A stretch of 64,000 nucleotides of DNA from Eledone cirrhosa (lineage: Eukaryota), in the NCBI GenBank assembly GCA_964016885.1, contig OZ024742.1, positions 23,002,001-23,066,000 on the forward strand, read 5' to 3'. Positions 30,317 to 42,710 of the stretch are shown here, piece by piece; the first letter of the stretch is position 1; each line of letters opens with the position of its first letter. A model generated the notes under the pieces. That model saw nothing but the letters and a program-made list of their open reading frames with translations. It was not told the DNA's origin and did no database searches. The position numbers and the translations under genes are program-made.

Positions 30317-30530
30317 GTTGTTTTTTGTTTAAAATGAATATTGGGTACAAAACCCCAATAACTGGTTATTTAACCCCGAAGGGCCAAATAACGGACAGAA
30401 AGACCCGTCTCACGAGGAGGAGGGTGTCTTTATCAACAATTTGGTTCAAGTTTTAAACAATTTACAATTGTTTTAACGGTTAAAAATGACTATACCTTAC
30501 AGAGCCGAGCCTCCGTCAACCATGGCATTC

Positions 30531-30561
<31 letters not shown>

Positions 30562-30811
30562 TTTTCTTTATTAACCACAAGGGTTTACATAAAGTAGACA
30601 TTAAGGACAGTACAGGACAATACAGGACGGTACAAATGGGCATTTCTGCGTGTAAAAAACAAAAACAGAGGATGTAACAAAAAAAATAACAATGAAAAAT
30701 TCCCCAATAGGGGGAGACTTCGGAGGGACATTTGTGGAGAAAGCCCAGTGAAAGGCCACAGTGATCCTGACCACAAAGGCAAGTGCCCTTTCCCAGTTTT
30801 CCACCTTTAAT

Positions 30812-33800
30812 TTACAGATATATACACAGAGTAGGCCCATTCACTCGGGCCATTCTTGCTTCTCTCACCCATCTTTCAACAAAATGCTGGGAAGAGAGCA
30901 CTTCCCTCTCTACCCTGATTTTCCTTTTCAAATGAAATTTGAAAAAGTCAATCAGAGAATGACCGAAGAGGTAAGTGCTCGTCTTCAGCCCTTTCAAACG
31001 TGTCCACCATACTATCTCTTTCGCCATGGCCACCAGACAGATAAAAACTGCATGCCCTTCCCGGATAAAGGAGGAGGGGCAATCCTCACGATGGACTCAG
31101 ATGATAGCCGGATCCGTCCTACACGCGACAGCAATTTTCGAAAACTGGACGAGTGCGTGCAGGACGGTTTCATCGCCCTGCGCGCATCTCGGACATGCCC
31201 GGCTGACGGCACCTCCATGCCTGTAGAGTTTATCCCGAACTGGCAAGGCTCCTCGGTAGCACTGCCAGGCCAGAGATTTCTGGAAGTTGTCCATAGGCCC
31301 TGGCCCGAAAGTTCTTCCGAAGAGATTGGCTAGTTGATTTTCGCCGACGCCTTGAGTTTCCCCAAGTACGTCGTCGCTCTTACCCTCCACTAATCATCTA
31401 TAGAACGCCGAGGTGGAGTTTCCACCGATCACATTGCCCGATTGGTCGAGGGCTGTGAGCGCCTGAAGACATTCCAGTCTCCAGGCGCTCCCTCTCGGTC
31501 TTCGCTTGACCCAGGACTGCAGCTCCGTCAAGGAAACGAGCTGGGGAAATACGTGTCTAACAAACGGCGACCACACCTGATCACCGTCGAGGAAGAGGTG
31601 GAGATGTCGTAGCCTGAGCATCATCAGCCACGGCATGCCCAGCCCTCCACGTAGCGGGTGTTGACAACAGATGGACCGCTTGACCATCGGAGCGCGTCCC
31701 TTCCACAAAAAGCGAAAGAGCAAACGCTCCAGCGCAGTCAGGCGAGGCTTAGGATAAGGTACGACGGTCAGGCGGTAACAGATGACAGACGCCATGTACG
31801 CGTTAGCCACCTCCGCTCGGCCTTTCAGGGATAGCTTCCTCTCGGCCCATTTCTGGGTGAGAGAAGCCACCCTGCTCGTCACCTCGTCCCAGTTTTTGTC
31901 CGTCTGGAGGTCCGGACAGAACCAGACCCCTAGCAATTTAACCGGTCCGTCCGTCCAGCGTCCGACGACGCTGTTGGACGGCATGGACCTGCCTCTCCAG
32001 GTGCCGAGCTGCAGCCCCACTGACTTCTCCTGGTTGATCATTGCTCCTGTCACCGCTTCGTATTCTCTTAGTGTAGTGCCGATCGCCTCGATGTGTTTGG
32101 CGTTCGACACCACTATGGTGACATCGTCCGCATATGCTGACACGGATCTTCCGCATCCTAGTTCGCGCGGGACGCCCCTCAACGTCTCCAGTTTGTGCAG
32201 TAATGGCTCGAGAGTCAATACGTACAAGAGGGACGAGAGGGGACATCCTTGGCGGACCGAGCGCATGATGTTGAACGGTTCCGAAAGGTGACCGTTCACT
32301 CTAGCCACAGAGCAGATGTCGCTGTGCATGGCAGCGATCCAGCCTCTGAAGACGGGCCCAAAGTCAGCCGCCCTTAGGACTGCCGTTAGGTAACGATGGT
32401 CGACCCTATCGAAAACTTTCGACTGATCTAAATTGATCAAGGACCCATCCGTGCCAGGTTCCCTAGCTACCCTTTCTACGATCTATCGCATGAGGTGGAG
32501 GTTGTCGTGGATGGATCTGTCGGGAATGGCGCATGTCTGCGCCTCTTCCACCATGCCACTAACGACAAGCGCCAACCTCTTTGCTAGCACCTTGGCCAAA
32601 ATCTTGAACTAGTGTTTAGCAGAGTTATGGACCTGAAATTATCTATGTTATCCCCCTTGTTCGGATCCTTTCTCAGCAGTGCCACCGCTCCTCGGCTCAC
32701 AGAGCTGGGAATTCTCCCGTTCTGTTGCCAGTTGCAGTAGACGTCCGCCAAGAGGCCTCCGAACAAGTCTGGCATCTGTACGTAAAGTTCATAGGGCACA
32801 CCATCCAAACCAGGCGATTTACCCCTTGTGCAGCCAGTCATTTCCTCCCGTATTTCAGCGGCTGTTATCGGCTTTTCGCAACACTCCGCCTCAGTGGCCG
32901 AGTGCCGCGGCAGTCCGTCAGGGTAGACACTAAAGTCCATCCCTCGACCCGGCCCACCTCTGCCCCCGAACAACTGCGCGAAGTGTCGCTGAAAAGCTTC
33001 TCACATTTGCCTGGGATCGAGTAGCATGCGCCCGTCGTGGTCCACCAAAGACCGGATCGTGGCTTTGTTGCCACGACGCGCCTCCGCCACTCGGGCCCAT
33101 TGAATGGATTTCGTCCCCTCGTGTCTGAGAGCCCGCACCCTAGCTCTGACAACGCAGCCTTCGTGCTTTGCATTGACGAATTGGTCAAGTGCCAATTTCG
33201 CCGCAAGCACGTTAGTCGCTGTGCCTTTGCTAAGCGCCTCGTCTAATTTTCTAACTAGTTCTCCCTCTGCTCTATTTTTCTCTATTCCTCAAGCCTTACT
33301 AAACCTAATCGATTCTATTCTAATCGCTCTTTTCAGAGCAAACCACCACTTGTTGTTGACGATGGCCCCCGTCAACGCCCGCTTAACTAGTTCGCTAATC
33401 CGGTCTCTGTAGGCTTCGCGCGCTGGCAAGGACGCGTTTAGCTTCCTGTAGCCGGGTCCTCGTCTATGAAGCCTATCTAAGTCAAGCACACAGATCACGA
33501 ATTTGTGGTCTGTGTAGCTGACTATCTTGAATTGTGGACATCCTATGCTAGACCTATCTATTTCCCTATAAAATACTCTATCTAGATATGATCTGGATGA
33601 GCCTATGCGGTTTGTCCAAGTCCACATTGTCACATTCGGGAAATTCAATCGGTACCTGTCAGACAGTTCAAAACGCCTGAGCACGTTGGTGAGGCTCTTG
33701 CACCCTCCACCCCTATCCGCTAATCCCACACAGTCCCAGCGTGCATCTAAGATCCCGTTCCAGTCGCCCACTAACACTAAAGAGCTGGACGTTCCAAGAA

Positions 33801-34184
33801 AGGTCTCCAGACGCCGGAAGAAATCAGGCCGCCCTGATCCTCTCGGGGCATAGACGGCCACTAGCCTGAAAGCTTGCCCGTCTCCGCTGGTCACATACAG
33901 CACCACCAACTTACCATCTGGGTCCAGGAAGATGGCCCGAATGGCGATTCCAAACTTCTCCGAAAAAGCACAGCAACTCCTCCACCCGATCCAGGACGGC
34001 TAGGAGATGCGTACACATCGTAGCCGCCGAAGATCGGTGCGAAGACCCGTGCTTCGGAGATTCTGGTCTCGCTAATGGCCACTACATCTATGTTTTGTGA
34101 CCTGAGGTCGTTGAGCAGGTGGCCCTGCTTCCATGACGACCCCAAGCCACGCGCATTTATGCTGCCTATTCTGAGTGAGGTCAT
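30812..34184 (-). pseudogene. ORF2 (APE-RT-Zn finger) of copy 2, multiple frameshifts and stops
   Basis: MTSLRIGSINARG start, with YADD, RQGCPLS and CPRC motifs across several ORF fragments. Confidence 0.93.
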
Positions 34185-34219
34185 GTTTAAAATGGAGTGG
34201 AAAAGATGGGAAAGATCAC

Positions 34220-36300
34220 TTACCCTACTTTTCGTAGAGGAAGGATTGTTTCTCCATCCCTTTTCACTTGATCGTCCGGTGAAGGGAACGTTGAATCGTC
34301 CCTTCGTCTGGTCGTCGGCTCTTCTATGAGTATGTCCGAATATACTCTCCGGTTGAGTCTCTCCTAGGTCTCTGAAATCACTAACTGCGTTGGGGAATTT
34401 CGTTTTAATGTTTGTGTATTGTTTCTGTGCCATTTTTAGCAGTCTTATGTTCGTTGGCGTTTTGATTGGTGCTGGTATTATGTAGTCGTGCTGTGAAATG
34501 TCTGTGTGTTCAATTATATAAGTCATTAGATTCTTGTTGTGTGTATTTATTGCCGTGCATTTGTTTTTCTGGGGCTGGGGTGTGGTTCTGCTATTTTCTC
34601 GTCGTTGTTGCTGGGTGTGTGTGTGTTTTGTTGTTGTGTTTGCGATGTTGGTGCTTTTGGTGGTGGTGTTGAAGGTGTTATTGTTGTTGTCGCTGGGGTT
34701 GTCGCTGGTGGTGATGGTGGTGCTAGTGTGGGTGGTGATGATGTTGGTGGTGTTGCTGCTGTGAGTCTCTTTGCAGTAGCCTTTACCCTTTTTTCATTTC
34801 TTTCCTCCCTTTTCGAAGGCGACGATGCGCTGCTTCTGCGTGTGTGCCTTCTTACGACCTTTTGCCATCCCTCTCCCACCTCACACTTCATGTCTGATTC
34901 TGTGAGGTCGGGGAGGGGTACCAGCTCCACTCTTTCACTTGTTGTTGTTGGTGATGTTTGCAGTGGAGTCTCTGTTGCAGCTGCATTTGGTATTAATGTT
35001 GTTGTTGTCAATAGTTCCACTGCTGCTGCTGTTCTTGGTTTCCGTGGCGTGGGTATGGGTGCCACGGACCTATCGTTCCTGGTTGCCGCTTGTCCTGTTG
35101 CTGGTAGCCGTGGAGCCGGTTTCGGAAGGAAGGGGGTTTTCTCCGTTCTCAGGGTCTTCTCGTTTCAGAAGGCCCTGAGGTGAGTCTTCGATCCACAGCG
35201 AAAGCATTTCGGGCGTTTGCCTCAACAACTTATGGGCAGTTGAGTGCCGTTATCGAAGTCTATCACATCCGGGATAGCTTCAATGCACTCCTGGTTTGTG
35301 TGGATTAACATCTCAATGGAGGTGCCTACCCAATCTTCTCTTACTTTTTTCTGTACTTGCAGTACAGTTGTTTTGTCCTCGATACCGACGAGGACAGACG
35401 CGGCCAGCCAAGAAGGGACCACCCCGGGGGGGACGTGGGTCAGTTTGACCCTCACAATTTTTTGCCCGCAGTAGGAGGGCACCAACACCATTTCCTTGCT
35501 CCTTAGGATCACTAAGGAAGAGCCTTTGCCTCCTGGGGTGTGGCAAAAAGCACGCCTACGGTGGTATATTTCTTGCCTCGGATGATATGCGTTTTCCGCT
35601 GCCACACAGACCCTAAGGCTTTTTGTATTTGAGCCTCTGTGGCTCTTTCAACCCTACGGGATTTTGTGCTTACTGTACGGTACGTGACCGTACACTGCTG
35701 TTGGGTTTCGAAAAATGTTTCGGCTACCCTGCAGATTGCTCGGTGTCCGGTTTTCGTCACCATCTTCTTCGCTTCCTGTAATTCCTCATTTGTTATAAGG
35801 ATGGTTTCCAGGTTCTTTGCGATACCTGCAAACGAGTTTGGTTTTTCTTTGCTGCTGTTGTTGTTGTTGTTGTCGTCAGAGCTGCTGTTACTTTTGTTGT
35901 TGCTGCAGGTACTACGACTACTGCCGCCGCCGCTGTTGCTGTGGCTGTTGTTGTTGTTGCTGCTGCTGCTGTTGTTGTTGCTGTTGCTGCTAATGCTGTT
36001 GTTGTTTGTGCTGCTGCTGATGCTGTTGCGGCTGCTACTGTTGTTTTCCTTGTCACTGTTGCTGCTGCTGCTGTTATTGCGGCTGCTACTGCTATTATTC
36101 ATGACGTCAGACGAATGAAATGGGTTTTCGTATTTCCCGCACACCTTTTTCGTCGTTGTCGTCGTCGTCGTGGAGAAATTGTGCACGCTTTGCACGTGAT
36201 TTTTCTTTACTGGCGTCGCTTGCGAAAGAGAAGGAAGGGAGAGAGACAATCTTCTCTCTGCTGTAGTGACGATTGAGGAAGAAGACGGAATGAGTGGGAG
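34220..36300 (-). pseudogene. ORF1 of copy 2, frameshifted
   Basis: ORFs 35512-36249, 35222-35605 and 34547-35065 are homologous to copy 1 ORF1. The CX2CX4HX4C knuckle (KCFRCGSKTHLRAFC) lies near 35165-35210. Confidence 0.85.
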
Positions 36301-36846
36301 TGACCTATGAACATTTTTTTTTGTTTGTTTTTTTGTTTTTTTTTGTTTAAAATAAATATTGGCACAAAACCCACATAAGCGGTTATTTAACCCCGAAGGG
36401 CCAAATAACGGACAGAAAGACCCCTCTAACGAGGAGGAGGCTGTTTTTGTCTACAATTTGGTTAAAGTTTTAAACAATTTACAATTGTTATAGCGGTCAA
36501 AATTTACAATACCTTACAGAGCCGAACCTCCGTCAACCATAGCATTCAATAATAATAATAATAATAATGATTTCATTTATTAGCCACAAGGGCCGACATG
36601 TAGGGACAATACAAAGACAGGGACAGTGGGGGTTTACAATAAGGTCGAGTAAAAGTGCACAATGCCAAGACTAATTTAACAATGAAAATATAAAAATATA
36701 AAATAAACTATGCATAAATATAACAAAATAAATTCCCCGATAGGGGTTGGACGAGCCTGCGGTGACTCGGGTACCCCACCAATCCTGATCCACCCTGCGC
36801 TTCTAGGGCACCCAGGAAGAGCACCCCTCTCCTCAAGTTAGCTAGC

Positions 36847-39800
36847 CTATAGGTGCATGGACGGAGTAGGCCCATTCACACGAGCCATTCTCGCCACATT
36901 CACCCACCTTTTAGCAAATGTACTGGGGGGGGGGGGGGGTAGCGCTTCTCTCTCCACCCTCACCTACTTTTCCAGGTGAAACTTGAAGAAGTTGATGAGG
37001 GATTGGCCGAAGAGAAAAGTGTATGTCTTCAGTCCTTTTAACCTGGTCCACCATACAACCTCTTTTGCAACTGCCACCAGACAGAGGAAAATTTCCTGCT
37101 CTTCCTAACCTAAGGAAGGCGGTGGATCGATCTTCACTATGGACTCGGCCGATAGCCGGATTCGTTCCACACGCGCGAGTAGCTGTTCGACATAACTCCA
37201 CAAGTCAGTAATTCACGGACATTGGACAAGTGCGTGCAGAACGGTTTCGTCAATCTGTGCGCATCTTGGGCAGGTCCGTCTGACAGCACTTCCGTGCCTG
37301 TAGAGTTTATCCCGAACCGGCAGTGCCCCCCCGCCGGTAGCACTGCCAAGCGAGGGAATTCTGGAAATTGTCCATCGTCCTCGGATCAAAAGTCCTCCGG
37401 TACAGACTGGTCAGTTCGACTTCGTCGAGGCCCAAAGCTTCTCCGAATGCGTCATCGCACTTGCCCACCACTAATCCTCTATAGAACTCGAGAGTGGAAG
37501 TTCCACTGATCGCATTGCCCGCTAGGTAGAGGGCAGTGAGTGCCTGGCAAGATTCCAGGTGCCAGTCACCCAGTCTCGATCTCTTCTTGACCCAGGACTG
37601 CAGCTCAATCAAAGAAATTAGCAGCGGAAAGGCCCATCTGATAAACGGCGACCACACCTGTTCACCGTTGAGGCAGAATATCTGGAGATGTCGCAGCCTC
37701 AACGCATGTCTGCGCATCATTAGTCACGGCATGCCCAGCCATCCGCGTAGAGGGTGCTGGCAGCAGATGGACCGCCTCACCAACGGAACTTGTCCCCTCC
37801 ACAAGAATTTGAAGAGGAGCCATTCCAACTTGACGAGGCGCGGACGGGAGCAAGGCACGACGGTCAGGTGGTAGTAGATGACGGACACGATGTACGCATT
37901 CGCCACCTCCGCGCAACCTTTCAGTGATAGCTTCCTCCCAGCCCATCTTTGGGTGAGACTGGCTACTCTGCTCGTTACCTCGTCCCAATTCTTTTCCACC
38001 TGGAGGTCTGGTCCGAACCAACCCCGAGCAACTTTACCGGTCCGTCCGTCCAGCGCCCCACGACACTGTTGGACGGCATGGGCTTGCCTCTCCAGGTTCC
38101 GAGCTGCAAGCCCACCGACTTACCGGGTTAAGTTTGGCTCCTGTCAACCTTTCATATTCCTTCAATAAGGTGCCGACCACCTCGATTTCTGAGGTGTTCG
38201 ACACCATCACGGTGATGTCGTCCGCATAAGCCGACACCGCCTTTCCACGTCCCGGTTCGACCGGGATGCCCTGCAACAGCTCCAGCTTCCGCAGTAAAGA
38301 CTCGAGAGTCAATACGTACAGAAGGGAAGAGAGAGGGCACCCTTGACGGACCGATAGGGAGAGCCGAAAAGGTTCCGAGAGGTGGCCATTAACCTTGACC
38401 ACCGAGCGTGTGCCGCTGTGCATTGCAGCGGTCCAGCTTCTAAAGACAGGGCCGAAGGTGCTGCTTTGAGGACAAACTCCAGATACCGATGGTCGACCCT
38501 ATCGAATGCTTTCGATTGATCTAAATTGATCAGTGCCCCACCGAAGCCAGGTTTACACCCTACCCTCTCTATGATGTATCGCATGAGGTGGAGATTGTCG
38601 TGTATGGACCTGGCTGCGATTGCGCAAGTTTGCGTCTCCCCAACAAAAATCCTCGACGACAAGCGCCAATCTCTTTGCTAACACCTTGGCCAAAATCTTA
38701 AACTCTGTGTTGAGCAAAGTTATGGGCCTGAAGTTGTCTAATGTATCCCTCTTGTTCTTGTCTTTCCTTATCAGCGTCACCACTCCCCTGCTCAAAGAAC
38801 TGGGAATACTCGCATTCTGCTGCCAGTTGCAGTAGAGTGCTTCGAGTAGTTTGGAGAACAAGTCTGGCATATTTACGTAAAGTTCGTAGGGCAGGCCATC
38901 CAAACCGGGTGACTTGCGCCTCATGCAGCCGACAGGGGCGTCCTGAATTTCGGCTGAAGTAATCGGCCTGTCGCAGCGCTCAGCGGCGACCGTCGAGATG
39001 CGCGGCAAGCCGTCAAGGTAGGGACTGAAATCCGCTACTCTCTCTGACTCGCCACTCTCCCCGAACAACCGAGCAAAGTGGTGGCGAAAGGCCTCACACA
39101 TCCGCTTGGAATCGCTTTTCTCGAGTCCGTCTCGGTCCGCCAAAGACCGAATTGTGGTTTTATTACCACGCTGCGCCTCCGGCACGCGGGCCCATCGAGC
39201 AGCTTTGGTTCCCTCGTTTCTCAGCGCACGCGCCTTAGCTCTGACAATGCAACCTTCGTGTTTGGCATTGAAGAAATGGTCTAATGCCATTCTCGCCGCT
39301 AGCACGTCAGTTGCAATGCCACTACAAATAGCCTCGTCTAACTTATCTACCAGCTCCCCCTCCTTTCTATTTGTCTCTAACGCTAGTTCTTTGCTGAACT
39401 CTATCGAAGTTACTCTAATCGCTCTTTTGAGAGACCCCCACCATCTTTTGCTTAACTAAATTGTTGACTTGGTCCCTGTAAGCCTTACGTGCCGGAAATG
39501 ACATGTTCAGCTTCCAGTAACCCGGTCTTAACCGACGCGTTTTATCTAGGTCGACCGTACAGATCACAAATTTGTGATCTGAATAGGGGACAATTTTAAA
39601 AAGTGGGCAGCGCACACTATTTCTATCTATTTTCCTAATGAAGATCCTGTCTATATACGATCTAGATGACCCCATTCGGTTGGTCCATGTCCACATTGGC
39701 ACATTGGGGAAATCTAGTCGATACCTGTCAAACAGTTGGAACTGGCTGAGTAGGTGCTTGAGGCTATTGCATCCCCCGCTCCTATCGGCTACTCCCACAC

Positions 39801-40254
39801 AATCCCAGCGTGCGTCTCAGATGCCATTCCAGTCCCCCACTAACAGTAAAGGGCGAGACGTACCCAGAAAGGTCTCCAGGCGCCTAAAGAAGTCCGGTCG
39901 TCCGGCCCCTGTAGGGGCGTAGACGGCCAGCAGTCTAAAGGCACCACCTTCGCTACTGCTCACATCCAAGACCACCAACTTACCATCCGGTTCTCGGAAG
40001 ATCTACTTTACCTCGAGATCCAGTCCTTTCCTAAACAGCACTGCCACCCCACCCCTCATTCCCGGTCTGCTCACAGATGCGAAGATCTGATAGTCGTCGA
40101 AAATGGGGGCTAGTGCGCGCGTGTCGGAAATTCTGGTCTCGCTGACGGCAATCACATCCATTTCCAGCGACCTGAGGTCGTTGAGCAGGCGACCCTGCTT
40201 CCAGGGTGACCCTAGGCCGCGAATATTTAAAGTTCCTACTCTTAATATGGCAAT
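36847..40254 (-). pseudogene. ORF2 (APE-RT-Zn finger) of copy 3, disrupted
   Basis: Begins IAILRVGTLNIRGLG (ATT at the position of the ATG in copies 1 and 2), then SYIDRIF, YSDH, KSPGLDG, FRPITLLN, DQSKAFDRV, YADD, and ends NGPTPSMHL*. Confidence 0.92.
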
Positions 40255-40283
40255 ATTGGTAAGCTAAGAGAGAGAGGGAAGGT

Positions 40284-42273
40284 TTACTTACCTTCCTGGG
40301 TCTTGTGAAGGTCGGGTTGTTCGACCTCCATGGCTGGTGGGGTTTCTTTTGGGAACCCCTTTAAAAGTCTTGATGTGGGTTTCACATTCGGAGTTCCCAC
40401 GTCTTGAGGAAAGCTCTCTCGAATTTCTTTGAAGGAATTGAGTGACATTCGGACAAGAAGCAAATCTTCTGGCACGTAAAATGTGCTCATTTCAAAAATC
40501 TCCCCCTCTGTTTGAATGTCCTCGCTTCGTGCTAAGAGAGCCATCAGTTTAACGTTGGCCCTTCTGACAAGCATGAAGTTTTAAACATTTTGTTGGTGTG
40601 GTTTTATTTGTTTCCGTTTTGGTGACTGTGGTGGTGATGGTTTTGGTGGTGTTTTTTCGGGTATGTCTGTGTTTGTTGTAGGTGTGGTGTCTGCAATTTC
40701 AGGTATTTCTGTGTTGATTTGTACTTGCGTTTGTTTAGGTTGTTTGCGTTTCGGGGATTGTGGAGGTGGTGTCGATGTTGCTGTTGGTGATGATGTTATT
40801 GGGGAAGTGTTTGCGTTAGTGGTGTCTGTATCTTTTGTTGTGTATGTTTTTGTGTTTTGTTGGGGCTTTTTTTTTGTGATTTTTCTCTGTTTTTTTGCAC
40901 TTTTGGGTTTTCCTTCATCTTCGCTGCTGGAAGACAAAGGGTCCGTGGCTGTGAGTGTCCCTGTGTCTGTGTGTGCGTTTATTGTTTTGTCTATGTGTAT
41001 AATGGGGGGGTAGGGGGAGTGGTAGATCGTTCCTCGTTTACCCCTTGGATTGGTTTTGGTGTTGGTGGTGATCCGGCTGTTTTTGATGTTGGTGTTCGTG
41101 TTTTTGTTGGTGTTGTTTTTAGTGGTGGTGGTGGTGCAGCTTTCCGTGCTGACACTGGCGTTGGCAACAAAGGAGGTTTGCGACCCCCTGCATTTTTGCG
41201 CTGAGGGCAGAAGGCTTGCTGATGCGTTGCTTCCCCGCAGACGAAGCAGCGTGGCCTTCTTCCGTCAATGATTAGTTGGATTGTTCTCCCGTCCTGCAGG
41301 AGGGCAAAATCCGGGATGTTGTTCATGTCCTCCGGTTTCATTTGGAGAAGAATCTCCAAATCCATTCCGGACCAGTCCTCTCTCTCTGTCCTTTTGATAT
41401 CCAGGAGGGTAGTGTCTGTCCCCTCCTCGATTACGCATCCCAGCAGCCACCATATGTTCATTCCTGGTGGGATGCTGGGAATGCGTACCTTTACTGTCCT
41501 TTTACCCATGTAGGACGGATCCATGATAATGCGTTCCGTTCTGCAGGGGGTCACCGAGTGCTTAATAGCGAGGGCCTCGGTTTTAAACAGTACCGAGATG
41601 GTACCGAACTGTTTGCCTCTTGCTTTATACTCTATGATACTTCCGATGTACTCCAAAGCAGCCTCGACCTCTGCTTGGCTGGCAAGTTCCACTTTTCGTG
41701 TCTGCACCTAAATGCATCGAAATAACACCGTCCTCCTTTGCATGGCCGCTATTGCCTCGTCCGGGATGGCCAGGATTGCCCAGGACTTCTCCCGTTTAAT
41801 TAACCTCCACGCTTGTGCCAACTGTTCTTCTTTATTGCTAATATTAATATCAATATTCAATAAGCGCTTTGTTTTTGCTGTTGCTGCAGCAAATGTGGTG
41901 CTTCTGATGCTCTTATTGTTGGTGTTGTCATTATTGCTGTTGTTATTGGTGTTGTTGTTGTTATTGTTTTGTTTGTTGATGCTGTTGCCACCGCCATCTG
42001 TGTTTACATTGAAGCTGTCGGTGTTATTGTCGTTATTGATCTGAGTTGTTGTTGTGGTGGTGGTGGTGTTGGCGGTGGTGGTGATGTCGTTTTCAGATGA
42101 TACTGCTGCTATCACAGAAGGTTGTGATGGTAGCTTTTTAGTTTTGCCTCACATTCAGTAGAGTGGATGACAGGCATGACTGTAGCCGTCGTAGTCGTGG
42201 TGAAATCTGCAGTGGCTGCCTTTAAACTTTTCACCTGAACGTTGTTTACCGTTTCAAGGTCGAACATTTCCAT
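40284..42273 (-). pseudogene. ORF1 of copy 3, disrupted
   Basis: ORF 40991-41707 contains RPRCFVCGEATHQQAFC (CCHC knuckle). The N-terminus is N/T-rich and the C-terminus P/T/K-rich. Confidence 0.85.
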
Positions 42274-42516
42274 AATTTTTTTTTGGTGGGGAAGCGATTT
42301 TTTTTGAAGTTTTTAAAAAATAAATCTGAATATTCGGGCTTAAAGCCCGAATATTGAGAGGTATCCCTCTCTTTAAATCAAGATGTGTACCTTAAGTTTC
42401 GTTAACGACAAGAAAATACAAAAAATGACACTTTAAAACAGCTTAAAGTTACGAACCTTTTCCCACGCAGATTTGTAGTCTTCACACATGTGCGGCCAAA
42501 TAATAATAATAATAAT

Positions 42517-42710
42517 AAGATAGTACTAATGGGAACTGCCCATATACTAAGGAAGATTCTGTGAATATAAATACATCACCGGTCTAAACACCTAAAGATA
42601 CATGTATGTGTAGTATGTGTTCTTTCTTGAACATGGCAGAGGTCACTGGTTGTGACTTGGGGATAGCTCGTGTGAACATAAATCAAGATAAATGAAATAA
42701 TAATAATAAT
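42517..42710 (+). mobile_element. 5'-truncated R4/Dong-like non-LTR element 3' end
   Basis: KIVLMGTAHILRKIL* matches the typical R4/Dong ORF C-terminus. The 3'UTR has GAGGTCACTGGTTGTGACTT and a (TAA)n tail, with (TAA)n also on the 5' side. Confidence 0.75.

Larger units (their letters stand above)
24511..30530 (-). mobile_element. Tx1-clade (L1 group) non-LTR retrotransposon, copy 1, apparently full length
   Basis: 5'UTR, gag-like ORF1, APE-RT-Zn-finger ORF2, then AATAAA and an (ATT)n tail. Both ends abut (AAT)n, and the 5' terminus matches that of copy 2. Confidence 0.95.
30561..36547 (-). mobile_element. Tx1-clade retrotransposon, copy 2 (same family as copy 1), apparently full length
   Basis: Colinear and highly similar to copy 1 end to end, with private indels. 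Bounded by (AAT)10 at 30531-30560 and (AAT)n at 36548-36568. Confidence 0.95.
36569..42497 (-). mobile_element. Tx1-clade retrotransposon, copy 3 (diverged second family)
   Basis: Same organisation. ORF2 is clearly homologous but diverged, and ORF1 and the UTRs are largely different. The 3' end has AATAAA plus (ATT)n, and the 5' end abuts (AAT)n at 42499-42518. Confidence 0.93.

Noticed and set aside
30400-30430. CCTCCTCGT in the Tx1 5'UTR resembling the HDV-ribozyme L3 loop
   Set aside because: I could not build P1, P1.1 or P2 pairings, and copy 2 does not preserve the putative P3.
24833-42044. Long plus-strand ORFs over the Tx1 array (e.g. 25652-26281, 28527-29168, 34539-35183)
   Set aside because: They are antisense shadows of GC-rich ORF1/ORF2 with no recognisable motifs.
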